A stretch of DNA of 64,000 nucleotides from a virus. The position numbers and the translations under genes were made by a program. Below the pieces are notes generated by a model. The model searched no databases. It was not told the DNA's origin and saw only the letters and a list, made by a program, of their open reading frames with translations. The stretch spans positions 3,498-67,497 of the IMG/VR virus record IMGVR_UViG_3300042691_015471; one strand, written 5' to 3'. Every line of letters starts with the position of its first letter. Positions within the stretch are counted from its first letter, which is position 1. Positions 48,485 through 59,886 of this stretch are shown here, piece by piece.

Positions 48485-49426
48485 ATGAACGAGTTCGACT
48501 TTTCAAGCGCAACCCCTGATGATTTTAAGACAGCAGGAGCGCCAGCATCTGAATCAGTAGCAGATTCAGTATCAAAACCTGCAGAAAATGCAAGTTTTGA
48601 TAATACTGCAGCAGAGACTGCAGCACAAAAAACTCCTGAGCCTGCGGCAAAGGTAGATGCTGACTATAAGTTCAAAGACGATTTCATTAAAGGAGTCGTT
48701 GAGTTCTATGAAAAAACTGGTGACATCACACCGTATCTGCAAGCCAAGTCAATGGACTTCACAAAGATGACTGACGAGGAAATCATGAGACGTGATCTTC
48801 GTGAGCAGTATTCTGAGCTTTCTGATAAAGCCTTCGACAAGCTTTTCAAGCAGGAAGTCCTAGACAAGTACAAATTAGATGCCGATGAATGGGGCGAAGA
48901 TGAGGCCGAACTGGGCAGAGAATTGCTCAAGGTGCAAGCATCCAAGTCTCGTGATAAGTATCTTGAATGGCAAAAAAACTTCCAGGCCCCGGAACCTGGC
49001 AGTGACAACACCCAAGAACTGTTGCAACAGTTTGAGGAGTCTGTTAGAAACAACGAAGCAACTCGTCAGCTCCTTAGTGCTAAAAAATTTAGTATTAAGA
49101 GTGGCGAAGATGAGTTCCAATTCGAGGTGCCAAACGCAGATGCGATGGTTGATATGACCATTGATAATGATAAGTTTTTTAGACAGTTCTCACAGGAAGA
49201 GGGCCAGCTAGACTATAACAAATGGTATAAGACCGTTGCTTATAGTCAGAATCCAGAAGTGTTCGAGAAAGCCTTGATCAATTTTGGTAAAACCCTTGGA
49301 CGGTCAGAGGTGACTAAAGAGATCAAAAACCCAAGTACTTCCCTTGGAGATTTGCCTACAGAGAGTTCGGGGGACTTTACTTCCGGATTGCTGAACGCAT
49401 TTTTATCCAGGGGCATCTCAAAATAA
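48485..49426 (+). CDS. Capsid scaffolding protein
   Basis: Acidic helical protein between portal and capsid. Confidence 0.65.
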   Translation: MNEFDFSSATPDDFKTAGAPASESVADSVSKPAENASFDNTAAETAAQKTPEPAAKVDADYKFKDDFIKGVVEFYEKTGDITPYLQAKSMDFTKMTDEEIMRRDLREQYSELSDKAFDKLFKQEVLDKYKLDADEWGEDEAELGRELLKVQASKSRDKYLEWQKNFQAPEPGSDNTQELLQQFEESVRNNEATRQLLSAKKFSIKSGEDEFQFEVPNADAMVDMTIDNDKFFRQFSQEEGQLDYNKWYKTVAYSQNPEVFEKALINFGKTLGRSEVTKEIKNPSTSLGDLPTESSGDFTSGLLNAFLSRGISK

Positions 49427-49442
49427 TTTAAACTTTTAACAA

Positions 49443-50768
49443 ATGCCTGGAACAATTGGCGGGATTCAAAAATCCTACGTTTCTTCAGTGAACTTCCTTG
49501 ATCAAAGGGAAATCCTGAATAAGATTCTCGACATCACAAACGAAGAATCTTCTTTCTTAGATATTATGGAACTGACAGGTCGCTCTGAAGTTAGCTCTGT
49601 CCCTGAGTACCATCATTTCGTAAACGATGAGCTGTATGTATTGGCAACTGTTACCTCTGGTGGTGCTGTTGCTGGTGATACCCTGACTCTCGTAATCGAT
49701 GCTGACGCTTTTGCTTATGTGAACGTTGGTGAGCAAGTTCTCTTCCCAAGCGGTAAGGTTGGTATCGTAACTGCTAAGAACAGTGGTACTAGCGCAATAA
49801 CCGTAAAGAATGTTGACGCTGCAGATGGCGACTTGAGTGTTGCTAACGGTGGTAAGATTTCTTTCTTCTCTAACGCTGCCGGTGAAGGTTCTCTTTCTCC
49901 TGATGCTAAGAGGTGGAGCCCTACCAAGTATGCTAACCAAGTTCAGATCTTCAAAGGTAAGTTCTCTATCACTGATATCGAGAAGGCCTCTAAGGTTGAG
50001 ACTGAGTTCAATGGTAAGCCTTTCTACATGTATAAAGGTCAGCACGAAAGCTTGATGAAGTTCCGTAACGACATCTCTGCTGCTATGATCTTTGGACGTA
50101 AGAGCTCTAGCAAGTTCTCTGACTCTTCTCCTTACTTGGCTGATGCTGAAGGTAAAGCTATCCAAACCACAATGGGTATGGATCAGTATGTAACTTCTAT
50201 GGGTAAAGACTTGAGCACTGATGTAACTGGTGTTCTTGACCTTGACGATTGGGGTAAGCTGACTCAGAACCTGAATAAGGATCGTGCTCCTTTGACTTAC
50301 TTCCTCTTCTTGGGAACCTCTTCCAACATCCTGTTCGACAACCTGTTCAACAACCTGGGTAACTCTCAGCTGTTGTCTCAAGGTGCTCGTTTCCAGATTG
50401 CTGGTAAAGAGTTGGATCTCGGTATTGACACCGTGAAGATCTACGGACGTACCTTCTACAAGAAGTACTTGCCTATCCTTGATCACAAGAACATCGTAAA
50501 CTTTACTGGCGGTTATAACGCTAAGGACAGTATCTACGGTGTACCTGCTGATAAGATCAAGACTCAAGACGGTCAGATGGTTGATCGTATGAGGGTTCGT
50601 TATATGGCTGGTGACGGAACCGATTTGAAGTATCGTGAGATCCTTCTCGGTGGTCTGGCTCCTGTTCCGACAAACGAGCGTTCTGTACTTGAGATTCACT
50701 ACGAATCCGTACAGGGTCTTGAGATCCTCGGAGCTCAGCAAACCTTCAAGTTGAAGACTGTATTCTAA
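49443..50768 (+). CDS. Major capsid protein
   Basis: 441 aa, strong codon bias, followed by a terminator; position after the scaffold gene. Confidence 0.85.
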   Translation: MPGTIGGIQKSYVSSVNFLDQREILNKILDITNEESSFLDIMELTGRSEVSSVPEYHHFVNDELYVLATVTSGGAVAGDTLTLVIDADAFAYVNVGEQVLFPSGKVGIVTAKNSGTSAITVKNVDAADGDLSVANGGKISFFSNAAGEGSLSPDAKRWSPTKYANQVQIFKGKFSITDIEKASKVETEFNGKPFYMYKGQHESLMKFRNDISAAMIFGRKSSSKFSDSSPYLADAEGKAIQTTMGMDQYVTSMGKDLSTDVTGVLDLDDWGKLTQNLNKDRAPLTYFLFLGTSSNILFDNLFNNLGNSQLLSQGARFQIAGKELDLGIDTVKIYGRTFYKKYLPILDHKNIVNFTGGYNAKDSIYGVPADKIKTQDGQMVDRMRVRYMAGDGTDLKYREILLGGLAPVPTNERSVLEIHYESVQGLEILGAQQTFKLKTVF

Positions 50769-50774
50769 TCTAAC

Positions 50775-50808
50775 AGGGGGTGGGGTAATACCTGCCCCCT
50801 TCTTTTTT
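50775..50808 (+). terminator. Intrinsic terminator after the capsid gene
   Basis: AGGGGGTGGGG-TAATA-CCTGCCCCCT then TCTTTTTT. Confidence 0.75.
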
Positions 50809-50825
50809 AAACCAAACCATAACAA

Positions 50826-51659
50826 ATGAAGAAGACAAAATTGTTCAACAATCTGTCCCCTGAACTCATTGAATCTACCAAGATCAAGAAAGGGGAAAAA
50901 GTTGTTTATAGGATTCATAATATCCAAAGGAATCCAATGGACCCCACAAAGTGGGCATTGCCATCTGTAAGATCCATTCCTCCTGTTGATCAAATCTATG
51001 ATGAGAAGAAGCAGGAGTTCGTTGACATTGCTGCTGTAAGGGCGGTTACTGCTGACGGAGACCATAGTTTCCATGATCTATATTTCTACGGAAGCCAAGG
51101 CGGAATGCTGGTGCTTATGGGTGGAACAGCTGCTCACCAGGAGATGCACAGCTACCTCAGCTTGTGTAATTACAATGCATCAAATCCAAACAGAGATACC
51201 ACTAAAGATGCCTTATTTGAGCTCGTTGACGAAAGCGTAAGGAGTGAGAAGGAGCGTAAGAACCGTAACCTGAAAAGGGAGGCTCTTAATGTTGCTTACG
51301 ATCTCACTGCTGACGATGTTAAGAACTACATAGCAGCACTTGGCCAGGATGATACCAGGCCTATGGAGGTTATGAGAAATGAGCTCGAGACAATGGCTGA
51401 TACAGATCCAAAGGGATTCCTTGATTTGGTTGCCAATAAGCAAGCCTCTATGAAGGCTGTGATTAACAGGGCGCTGAGCAAAGGTGTACTAATATTTGAC
51501 AGCGAAAGCTCTCGTTATACCTGGCCAAATGGAGAAGCAATTCTTACTGTTGCCAGGACTACTGGTTCAGAGCCGGTAGAGGAATTGGTCAGCTTCTGTG
51601 TAAGTAGCGCTAAAGGTGAAAAGGTTTTTCAAACCATCCAGTCTAAGGCGAAAAAATAG
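50826..51659 (+). CDS. Post-capsid structural/assembly protein
   Basis: 277 aa directly after the capsid gene. Confidence 0.55.
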   Translation: MKKTKLFNNLSPELIESTKIKKGEKVVYRIHNIQRNPMDPTKWALPSVRSIPPVDQIYDEKKQEFVDIAAVRAVTADGDHSFHDLYFYGSQGGMLVLMGGTAAHQEMHSYLSLCNYNASNPNRDTTKDALFELVDESVRSEKERKNRNLKREALNVAYDLTADDVKNYIAALGQDDTRPMEVMRNELETMADTDPKGFLDLVANKQASMKAVINRALSKGVLIFDSESSRYTWPNGEAILTVARTTGSEPVEELVSFCVSSAKGEKVFQTIQSKAKK

Positions 51660-51689
51660 TCTCTCGTTTGGTTTTTGTTTGGTGGACCC

Positions 51690-51718
51690 GCCCTGAGTTT
51701 TCTAGCTCGGGGCTTTTT
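51690..51718 (+). terminator. Intrinsic terminator
   Basis: GCCCTGAG..CTCGGGGC then TTTTT. Confidence 0.65.
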
Positions 51719-51771
51719 CATAGTGCGTTTTTTAAGGATGTGGAGAATAAGTTTTGGAAATTTGCAATACT

Positions 51772-54700
51772 ATGCCGACCGTACCCAGTATATCCTTCAA
51801 CGTCAGATACGATCTGACTGGTGCCCCCACACTTGTACTGACAGATGCGACTACATTCCCTGTCGGTGCAGTAGGTATTTTTACAATTACACAGCCGGAC
51901 GGCTACGTAAGGACTGGTAACTTTGCTACTCCTGATATTACCAGTTCGGGGGGCACTCTTTCTACAGGACTTAGACTCAGTTCAACTGGCGGTGTCCAGT
52001 GCGGAACATACAACATAAAGTACGAGATCAGGACCACTGACCTTGTGATCAGTACGTTCACTAGGAACTTCGTATTCCAATACGAACCTGTTGGATTGGT
52101 GATGAAAGAGAACTTTGATGTGTTCACCCCGAACCTGTCGTATTCGGATAGTACTATCTACACCGTTCCCAACTACAGCAACACTGCTCCTACCAGACTG
52201 TGGACAGCTGTGAGCATCCCTACGGGGACCAAGACAAGTACAACTGCAGCGATCAACCTGCAGCATAACGGAAGCTATTACGATGCAGTGTACACGATTA
52301 CACTTGCATCTACACTCACATACTCTCACCAGACATATGCATGGTTAAGTATACAGGAGACAATCAGTAAAACGGTTACAGCTGAGGCGTGTACCCCCGA
52401 GCCGATTGAAGACCTGATCCCCATGATCGAGGTGTTGAGACAGAAGTCCATTGAATGTAATGGCGACTTCCCTGACTTTGAGAAAGCTCAGACACTGTTC
52501 AGTCATTTGACTGACATGCTGAGAGTCTTGCTGATCGGGGGTGCTACTCAAGAAGGAATCTATGACGTGTACGAGGACCTCATGGCGATCCTGCGCAATC
52601 ACGTTCCATGTGTTCACACTAATCTACCAATACCTCCATACGACTTAGGAGACTATGCAGTCTCTCAGTTTCCTATTGATGCAGCGTTCTGTCAGAATGT
52701 TGGCGATGGAGTTAATACGGTTTACAGTATTTCACACAACCTAAACGATGACTGTGTTCTCGTTCAGGTGTACGAGGTTACGAGCGGTGCTCAGGTCCTA
52801 ACGGACGTGACTATCACTAGTAACAACTCGGTGAATGTATCCTTTGCCACTGCTCCTGCCACTGACGCTTACAAGGTTGTAGTGCATTCTGGTAATGGAG
52901 GAATGGTTGGACCGGGTGTCGCTGCAGGTGGAACCACTGGTCAGTATCTTAGGAAGACTAGTGCTACTGATTACGATACGTATTGGGACACTCTCAATGC
53001 TGCAGACATTCCAGATCTAAGCGCCACGTACATGACCAAGGCTGTGTATGACACAGACAATGACGGCATTGTTGATGACGCTGAGAAGATCGCAATCATT
53101 GCACGTAACAGCACAGGATCTACAATACACAAGGGCAAGATTGTTTACCTGCAGGGTTCCACGGGAAACAGACCTAACATTCTACTTGCACAGGCAAACT
53201 CAGAGGCTTCTTCTAGCAAGACCTTTGGTGTGGTTGTTGAGGATATCGCACACAATGCAGACGGTCAGGTAGCTGCTATAGGTACTCTTCACGACTTGGA
53301 TACAAGGAGTAATGCTCCTCATCCGTTCACTACTGATACACTGCTTGATGGAGACAAGGTGTGGCTGTCTGCTACAGACGCAGGATACATAACAAGGACT
53401 CCTCCTGTTCAGCCTAACCATACGGTGTTTATAGGATTTGTTGCTAGGACTACTCCCAGCTTTGGTAGGATTATCTATAACATACAGAACGGTTTTGAAC
53501 TTGATGAGCTGCATAACGTCCTCATCACATCTGCAGCTGACAAGGATATTCTATACTACGATTTGGCTACGGGTCTTTGGAAGAACACAGCCAAATCTGG
53601 GTGGCTCGGGGGAACTGCTTCACAGTTTGTGAAGGGTGACGGTACGCTTGACAGCAGCACATATCTGACAACAGGAACTGCAGCGTCTACGTATGTGGCG
53701 CTCGGTGGAAGCTATTCTAATCCATCATGGATTACAGCCTTGGCATGGTCTAAGATAACAGGAGCACCTGCATTCTTGACAACAGAAACCGATCCTATAT
53801 TCACAGCACATCCTGCTTTTGGAATCACAGGAACCAAGATATCTAACTGGGACAGTGCTTATGGATTCACATCTGCCTTCCCATCTCAGTCCGGCAACTC
53901 AGGTAAGTTCCTTACTACTAACGGTAGTGCTCTGTCATGGGCGGATGTTGTCAGTGGTGTGTCTTCGTTTAACACACGAACTGGCGCAGTTACACTGACA
54001 TCTGGTGACGTTACAGGAGCATTGGGATATACACCAATAAGTACTAATATCTATACTGATAATGGTACGTTGACTGGGGATAGGACTATTACAATGGGAG
54101 CATTCACGCTTTCATTTGAGAAAGATATTTTTGTTAATAATAATAGAGTCGGAAGGGGTAATGGTAATGATTTTAGAACTGTTGTTCTTGGACAATTAGC
54201 TGGAAGCTCTACAACAACTGGTAACCAAAATGTATTTGTAGGATTCAGTGCTGGTAATTTAGCTACCACCGCTAATTCAAATGTACTACTAGGTGCATTT
54301 GCAGGTAGAATTATTGACACTGGATCTGGCAATACAATTGTTGGACACGTATCAGGATACTCTTTGACCAGTGGCACTTTCAATACTTTTATTGGTCGTC
54401 AATCTGGGTTTGGAATAACCACTGGAATCCATAATACAATAATTTCTACTATATCAAGTGGGTCTATTGGTATAACAACTGGTTCATATAATACGGTAAT
54501 AGGGTCACAGGTATCTGGTCTTACTGCAACTCTATCCAATAACATCATTCTCGCAGACGGTCAAGGCAATATTAGAATACGTGCATGGGATACTGGTAAC
54601 GTAGGTATCGGAACCACCACCGATGCAGGGTATAAGTTGGATGTGAATGGAACGGCTAGGGTGAGTGGGGATGTTACATTTGATAATGCGGTTTACTTTA

Positions 54701-57700
54701 GAAGCACAAATGGTAATAATAAGTTTACAATTGCAGCAAACACAGGATGGATTACTCAAATAAGTACAGGAAGCTGGGGTTCTGCTGCAGTAAAGTTTGG
54801 AGATGGGCAATTCGCAAACATTTTAATAGGTCAGAGCGGAGACAGTCCAACAGGTGTTGCGTCTTTAGATTTAAGGTCAAATGTATTAGGACTCTACTTA
54901 AATAGAGGTACAATTGCCACGATGCCAAATCTATCAGCTTGGCAAGGCGTTACACTATCTATTATTGGTGGAACGGGGTATACTAATGGAACATATAGTG
55001 GAGTAGTTGCAACAGGTAATTTTACTGGAAGTGTAAACGTAAGTGTTACGGTATCAGGAGGTATAGTTACAGGAGTATTTATATTCGGAGGAGAAACAAA
55101 AATTCAATTAGGTGAAACATTTACTGTTCCTGCTGCATCTATTGGTGGAACAGGAAGTGGAATGTCATTTACTATTACTGCTATAAATAACTCAAACCCT
55201 GCATTTACATTCTACAATACCTCAACAAATCTTTTGACGTATTGGGATGGGCGGAACTATGCAAGTCCTATAGTGTCAAAGTTAGACAGAGTTCTTATTG
55301 GTGGCATTGGATTAGCAAACGCAACGTCTATACTTGAACTATCTTCAACCACTCAAGGCTTCCTTCCTCCCCGTATGACCACCACACAGCGTGACGCTAT
55401 TGCATCACCTGCCACTGGTCTTGTCATCTACAACACCACTACACTTGCTGCCAATGTTTACAATGGAACTAGTTGGGTAGGAATGGGTGGAGATAACATT
55501 TACACTGCTGATGGTACACTCAGTTCAACTACTCGTGTATTATCATATAGCGTATCTGGAGCTAATGAGAATAAATTAATCTTCAGGAATACAGGGGTTA
55601 CTGGTGGTCCTAATGATGACTTTATTTTCCAAGCTTCTACCAATACTGCACCTGTATTACAGATATGGAATCCTAACTATGGAGGGGTACTAAACTTGGG
55701 TGCTGGTTCTGTAAGCTTTGGTGGCGGTAGGTTAAACTTAGCTACAAGCGGTCATGATATAAGAATGCAGCCGGGTGGTGTTGAGACTGCACGTTTCTTC
55801 ACCTCTACAGGGAATGTTTTAATCCAAACAGGTGGCACATTTACAGACGCAGGTTATAAGCTTGATGTGCAGGGGACAGCGAGGGTGAGTGGGGCATTAT
55901 ATACAGGTACTACATCAAATGTAGGTATATGGATGCTTACAGAGACTGCAATAAGAGGTACTGCTACAACAGGGGGCAATTTGTATATTGACGCAAACTC
56001 ATCACTTGATGGCACAGGAACAATTCATTTAAGGGGTCTTGTTAATTCAGGTAGATTAACTGTTAGTGGCAATTTAACTGTTACTGGCGCTCAGATATTT
56101 GTTCCTTTCAATGGAGGATTAAGAGTGAATCAGGCATCTAATGGTAATCTGTTTTTAGATGCAAGTTTAGATTTTACTGGAAATGTATTTGCAAGAGCAA
56201 CATCGTTTGTAGTTGAATTAGCTGGAGGTGTTCCGACTACATTTGCAAGTGCAATAGTAGCATTTAATTCCACAACCAAAGGCTTCCTTCCCCCTCGCCT
56301 CACAACCACAGAACGTAACGCCATCACCTCTCCTGCAACAGGACTACAGGTGTACAACTCAACCACCAATACCAATGACTTCTATAATGGAACTGCTTGG
56401 GTGAGTAATGCTGCTGGGAATATTTACACTACTGATGGGACGTTGACAGGGAATAGGACTGTTACAATGGGCAGCAATACGCTTTCGTTTGAGAAGGATG
56501 TGTATATAAATTCACAAAGAATAGGCAAAGGTGCTGGCAATCAAACTTCAAATTTTGCTGCTGGTTCACAAACATTAAATGCAAATACTACTGGAAATTT
56601 TAATACTGCGGTAGGTAACACTGCATTACGAGATAATACAACAGGTAGTTTAAATACTGCGGTAGGAGTTTCAGCATTGTTAAGTAATACCGATGCATTT
56701 GTTAATACTGCAGTTGGTGCATCAACATTTATGAACTTAAATTCAGGTAGTGGTAACACTGCAGTTGGTGATGATGCTGGAAGATATTTTACTGGGTCTG
56801 CTTCTTTAACTACTGCAAATAATTCAATATTTATTGGTAGAAGAAGTGCTGCGTTAGGCAATAATCAAACAAACCAAATTGTAATTGGAAACGATGCAAC
56901 AGGTCTTGGTTCTAACACTACAGTAATAGGTAACAGCTCAACAGTAACCTCTGCAATCTATGGAAGGCTACTTTTGGGAACTACTACCGACAGTGGTTTG
57001 TATCAGCTCGATGTCAACGGCACTGCGAGGGTGAGTGGGATGCTAACGGTTAATAATTTAGATGGTACTTTTTCTGTCAATAGAACAGGGTCCAATGGCA
57101 GTAATTCTTTGACAATATCTCCTTCAAATGGAACTCCTGCAACTGCAAGTGCTCAAAATTCAATCGCAATAGGTGCATCATCACAAGCAACAGTTGTTGG
57201 TTGTATAAGTATTGGTAATGGTGCTACGGCAACTGGTGAGGCAGCAACTGCTTTAGGTTCAGTTGCAGGTGCTTCGGGTGTTGCTGCAATAGCAATAGGT
57301 TATCAATCGGTTGCTGCTGCAAATGAATTTGTTGCAGCAAATTATTTCTATACTATTCAAAATGTATATTTTGGTAGTGGTAAGATTAGGAATAGTCAAG
57401 CAGGTGCAGGAACTGCATATACAATCAACGGAAGCGGTGCAAATGGTACGAACTTTGCAGGAGGTAACATAACCATCGCAGGCGGTAAAGGCACAGGCAC
57501 AGGAACAGCTGGTGATATTATATTCTCAACTGCTACATCCACAGCATCCGGAACTACACTACAAACATTAACAGATAGGGTCTGGATAAAGGGCGAGAAC
57601 GGTAACGTAGGTATTGGTGCTAGTCCGAATGCTGCTTATAAATTAGATGTCAACGGCACTGCGAGGTTTACAGACCATATATACATTGCAGATACCAAGT

Positions 57701-58341
57701 CATTGTATGGAGTAGGAACAACCTATAACATAAACATATCTTCAACAAATGGCATTTACTTTAGAGATGCTACTGCTGATAGGGCAGGATTGAAAGCTGA
57801 TGTATTTAGATTTGAGAATAGTGTTTATACCAACATTGGTACAAGAGGCTTGCTTATTGGTTCATTTGCAGGTGCTACTAATGCATCAGCACTTCTAGAA
57901 GTAACTTCTACAACCAAGGGTTTCCTTCCGCCTCGGATGACAACAACTGAGAAGAATGCAATCGGTACACCTGCTGCTGGATTGGTGGTGTATGACAATA
58001 CGTTAACAGCGTTGAATGTTTACAACGGAACATCTTGGGTGACATTGGGTGCTTCTAGCGCATACAGCGTAGCATCTGTCACTACCACATACTCAGAGAC
58101 AGCAACATCAGGAACTAAAATCATTAAAGCAGATACAACAAGTGGAGCATTCACGATTAATTTACCTACTGCTGTGGGTAATACAGCAACAATCATCATC
58201 AAAAAAGTAGCTGGTTCGGGGGCGTTGACAATAGACGGAAACGGAACAGAAACAATTGATGGTGGTACAACAGCAACAATAAACAAGGTGTATGAATCTA
58301 TTACACTTATATCTGATAACTCAAACTGGCAAATAGTATAA
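51772..58341 (+). CDS. Large modular tail fibre/adhesin
   Basis: Gly/Thr-rich; repeated NIYT.DGTL, YKLDV.GTARV and GFLPPR.TTT modules; YadA-like NTAVG repeats. Confidence 0.75.
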   Translation: MPTVPSISFNVRYDLTGAPTLVLTDATTFPVGAVGIFTITQPDGYVRTGNFATPDITSSGGTLSTGLRLSSTGGVQCGTYNIKYEIRTTDLVISTFTRNFVFQYEPVGLVMKENFDVFTPNLSYSDSTIYTVPNYSNTAPTRLWTAVSIPTGTKTSTTAAINLQHNGSYYDAVYTITLASTLTYSHQTYAWLSIQETISKTVTAEACTPEPIEDLIPMIEVLRQKSIECNGDFPDFEKAQTLFSHLTDMLRVLLIGGATQEGIYDVYEDLMAILRNHVPCVHTNLPIPPYDLGDYAVSQFPIDAAFCQNVGDGVNTVYSISHNLNDDCVLVQVYEVTSGAQVLTDVTITSNNSVNVSFATAPATDAYKVVVHSGNGGMVGPGVAAGGTTGQYLRKTSATDYDTYWDTLNAADIPDLSATYMTKAVYDTDNDGIVDDAEKIAIIARNSTGSTIHKGKIVYLQGSTGNRPNILLAQANSEASSSKTFGVVVEDIAHNADGQVAAIGTLHDLDTRSNAPHPFTTDTLLDGDKVWLSATDAGYITRTPPVQPNHTVFIGFVARTTPSFGRIIYNIQNGFELDELHNVLITSAADKDILYYDLATGLWKNTAKSGWLGGTASQFVKGDGTLDSSTYLTTGTAASTYVALGGSYSNPSWITALAWSKITGAPAFLTTETDPIFTAHPAFGITGTKISNWDSAYGFTSAFPSQSGNSGKFLTTNGSALSWADVVSGVSSFNTRTGAVTLTSGDVTGALGYTPISTNIYTDNGTLTGDRTITMGAFTLSFEKDIFVNNNRVGRGNGNDFRTVVLGQLAGSSTTTGNQNVFVGFSAGNLATTANSNVLLGAFAGRIIDTGSGNTIVGHVSGYSLTSGTFNTFIGRQSGFGITTGIHNTIISTISSGSIGITTGSYNTVIGSQVSGLTATLSNNIILADGQGNIRIRAWDTGNVGIGTTTDAGYKLDVNGTARVSGDVTFDNAVYFRSTNGNNKFTIAANTGWITQISTGSWGSAAVKFGDGQFANILIGQSGDSPTGVASLDLRSNVLGLYLNRGTIATMPNLSAWQGVTLSIIGGTGYTNGTYSGVVATGNFTGSVNVSVTVSGGIVTGVFIFGGETKIQLGETFTVPAASIGGTGSGMSFTITAINNSNPAFTFYNTSTNLLTYWDGRNYASPIVSKLDRVLIGGIGLANATSILELSSTTQGFLPPRMTTTQRDAIASPATGLVIYNTTTLAANVYNGTSWVGMGGDNIYTADGTLSSTTRVLSYSVSGANENKLIFRNTGVTGGPNDDFIFQASTNTAPVLQIWNPNYGGVLNLGAGSVSFGGGRLNLATSGHDIRMQPGGVETARFFTSTGNVLIQTGGTFTDAGYKLDVQGTARVSGALYTGTTSNVGIWMLTETAIRGTATTGGNLYIDANSSLDGTGTIHLRGLVNSGRLTVSGNLTVTGAQIFVPFNGGLRVNQASNGNLFLDASLDFTGNVFARATSFVVELAGGVPTTFASAIVAFNSTTKGFLPPRLTTTERNAITSPATGLQVYNSTTNTNDFYNGTAWVSNAAGNIYTTDGTLTGNRTVTMGSNTLSFEKDVYINSQRIGKGAGNQTSNFAAGSQTLNANTTGNFNTAVGNTALRDNTTGSLNTAVGVSALLSNTDAFVNTAVGASTFMNLNSGSGNTAVGDDAGRYFTGSASLTTANNSIFIGRRSAALGNNQTNQIVIGNDATGLGSNTTVIGNSSTVTSAIYGRLLLGTTTDSGLYQLDVNGTARVSGMLTVNNLDGTFSVNRTGSNGSNSLTISPSNGTPATASAQNSIAIGASSQATVVGCISIGNGATATGEAATALGSVAGASGVAAIAIGYQSVAAANEFVAANYFYTIQNVYFGSGKIRNSQAGAGTAYTINGSGANGTNFAGGNITIAGGKGTGTGTAGDIIFSTATSTASGTTLQTLTDRVWIKGENGNVGIGASPNAAYKLDVNGTARFTDHIYIADTKSLYGVGTTYNINISSTNGIYFRDATADRAGLKADVFRFENSVYTNIGTRGLLIGSFAGATNASALLEVTSTTKGFLPPRMTTTEKNAIGTPAAGLVVYDNTLTALNVYNGTSWVTLGASSAYSVASVTTTYSETATSGTKIIKADTTSGAFTINLPTAVGNTATIIIKKVAGSGALTIDGNGTETIDGGTTATINKVYESITLISDNSNWQIV

Positions 58342-58342
58342 C

Positions 58343-59683
58343 ATGTCATATAACCCGAGTAACCCGAACGGACAAGCAACGAGTGCGAATAGTGCGCCAG
58401 TAGTAATAGCATCTGATCAGTCAGCAGTGCCTATCTCTGACAACGGGTCAAGCCTGACTGTGGATGGTAGTGTCACCGTGAGTGGTACTGTTACCGCCAA
58501 CGCAGGTACTGGTACTCAGAACGTATCTGTCCAGAACGCATCCATCCCTGTCACTGACAATGGTGGGAGTCTGACTGTGGATGGTTCTGTGTCCGTATCC
58601 AACTTCCCTGCGACTCAGCCAGTGAGTGGAACTGTAGAGATAGGATCAACTTCTCTTGCTGCACTTGAAACAATCAGTGTGGCAAACTTCCCTGCGACTC
58701 AGCCTGTCTCCGGAACTGTTACAATCCAAGACGGTGGCAACACCATCACGGTTGACGGAACGGTTGACACTGAACTCCCAGCAGCTGTTGCTCTTGGAGA
58801 TGCTACAGCTAACCCTACTGCTCCTCACATTGGATCTTGTATAGAAGGTTTTAACGGGACAACTTGGGACAGATTGAAGACTGACACTGCCCTTGCTGGT
58901 AATGGCGCTAACGATACCGCTGTCGGTATACTCGCTGCAGGAACTGGTCCGGGATTCTCAATAAGGGTCAACCCTGCTAACCTAGGTACAGCTGCCAACT
59001 CTGCTTCAACATTTAACGTTGACGGAGCCAACTCGATTACAGTCGCAATAGCAACCACAACCACTGGTACGTTTATAATTGAAGGTACTGCCGACAATAC
59101 CAACTGGGTTACCCTTGAGGTGTTTGAAGGAAGTCAAGATATATGGGTGAGCGGTCAGAACATCACCCCCACTGCAGGAAGGGTTTATCAACTTCTCACA
59201 CAGGGATACAGGCAGGTCAGGTTGAGGACTGTCACCACCTTGGGTGCAACTGTTTCTCATTTCGTGACTCTCAGTTCTGCTCAGCAGTTCCTTGGAGGAA
59301 TAGACACAGGACCTGCCCCACATAACTTTGGATACACGATCATACACAGAGATGGTGAATACGCCACTCAGCAGACGGGTGTTGCCCTTTGGACTCCTGC
59401 TGCAGGAAGAAGGTTTGCTGTGAGCAGCCTGACCATAACTACTGGCGGTACCACTGCTGGTATTGTGACTGTATGGCAAGGAGCATCGGGGGATACTACC
59501 TACAGTGCAGGTACAGACCCTGCCATATTCAGAGGTGAGTTTGCTCCTTCTGCCAACTCCAAGCCGGGTGTAGTAAAAAGCTTTACAGTTCCATTTGTAT
59601 CGACAACTGCAGATCATGTGCTCAGGGTTACGACCTCTGCTGCTATGACTGTGTACGTTCAGGTAGATGGATATGAAATATAA
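58343..59683 (+). CDS. Virion fibre/decoration protein
   Basis: Repeats DNG.SLTVDGSV and NFPATQPVSGTV. Confidence 0.6.
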   Translation: MSYNPSNPNGQATSANSAPVVIASDQSAVPISDNGSSLTVDGSVTVSGTVTANAGTGTQNVSVQNASIPVTDNGGSLTVDGSVSVSNFPATQPVSGTVEIGSTSLAALETISVANFPATQPVSGTVTIQDGGNTITVDGTVDTELPAAVALGDATANPTAPHIGSCIEGFNGTTWDRLKTDTALAGNGANDTAVGILAAGTGPGFSIRVNPANLGTAANSASTFNVDGANSITVAIATTTTGTFIIEGTADNTNWVTLEVFEGSQDIWVSGQNITPTAGRVYQLLTQGYRQVRLRTVTTLGATVSHFVTLSSAQQFLGGIDTGPAPHNFGYTIIHRDGEYATQQTGVALWTPAAGRRFAVSSLTITTGGTTAGIVTVWQGASGDTTYSAGTDPAIFRGEFAPSANSKPGVVKSFTVPFVSTTADHVLRVTTSAAMTVYVQVDGYEI

Positions 59684-59688
59684 ATAAC

Positions 59689-59886
59689 ATGACAAGAATT
59701 ATTGAACTCTTTGAAAAGGTGGTGATCGGTGACGAGGTTCACCTGATTGCTGAATGCAATGACTGGGAAGGGGGATACATTGTTAACCATCTGTCACGGT
59801 CACCGTTTGTCTATCCGGCAACGATGATTGATGACGATATTAAAAACGATATTCAGAACGGAGCGTACTCAATCTACTTCTACTAA
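59689..59886 (+). CDS. Small hypothetical protein
   Basis: Tightly packed ORF. Confidence 0.5.
   Translation: MTRIIELFEKVVIGDEVHLIAECNDWEGGYIVNHLSRSPFVYPATMIDDDIKNDIQNGAYSIYFY

Noticed and set aside
49557-51074. 505-aa antisense ORF over the capsid gene
   Set aside because: Shadow of the strongly biased capsid codon usage; no recognisable motifs, and it crosses a terminator.
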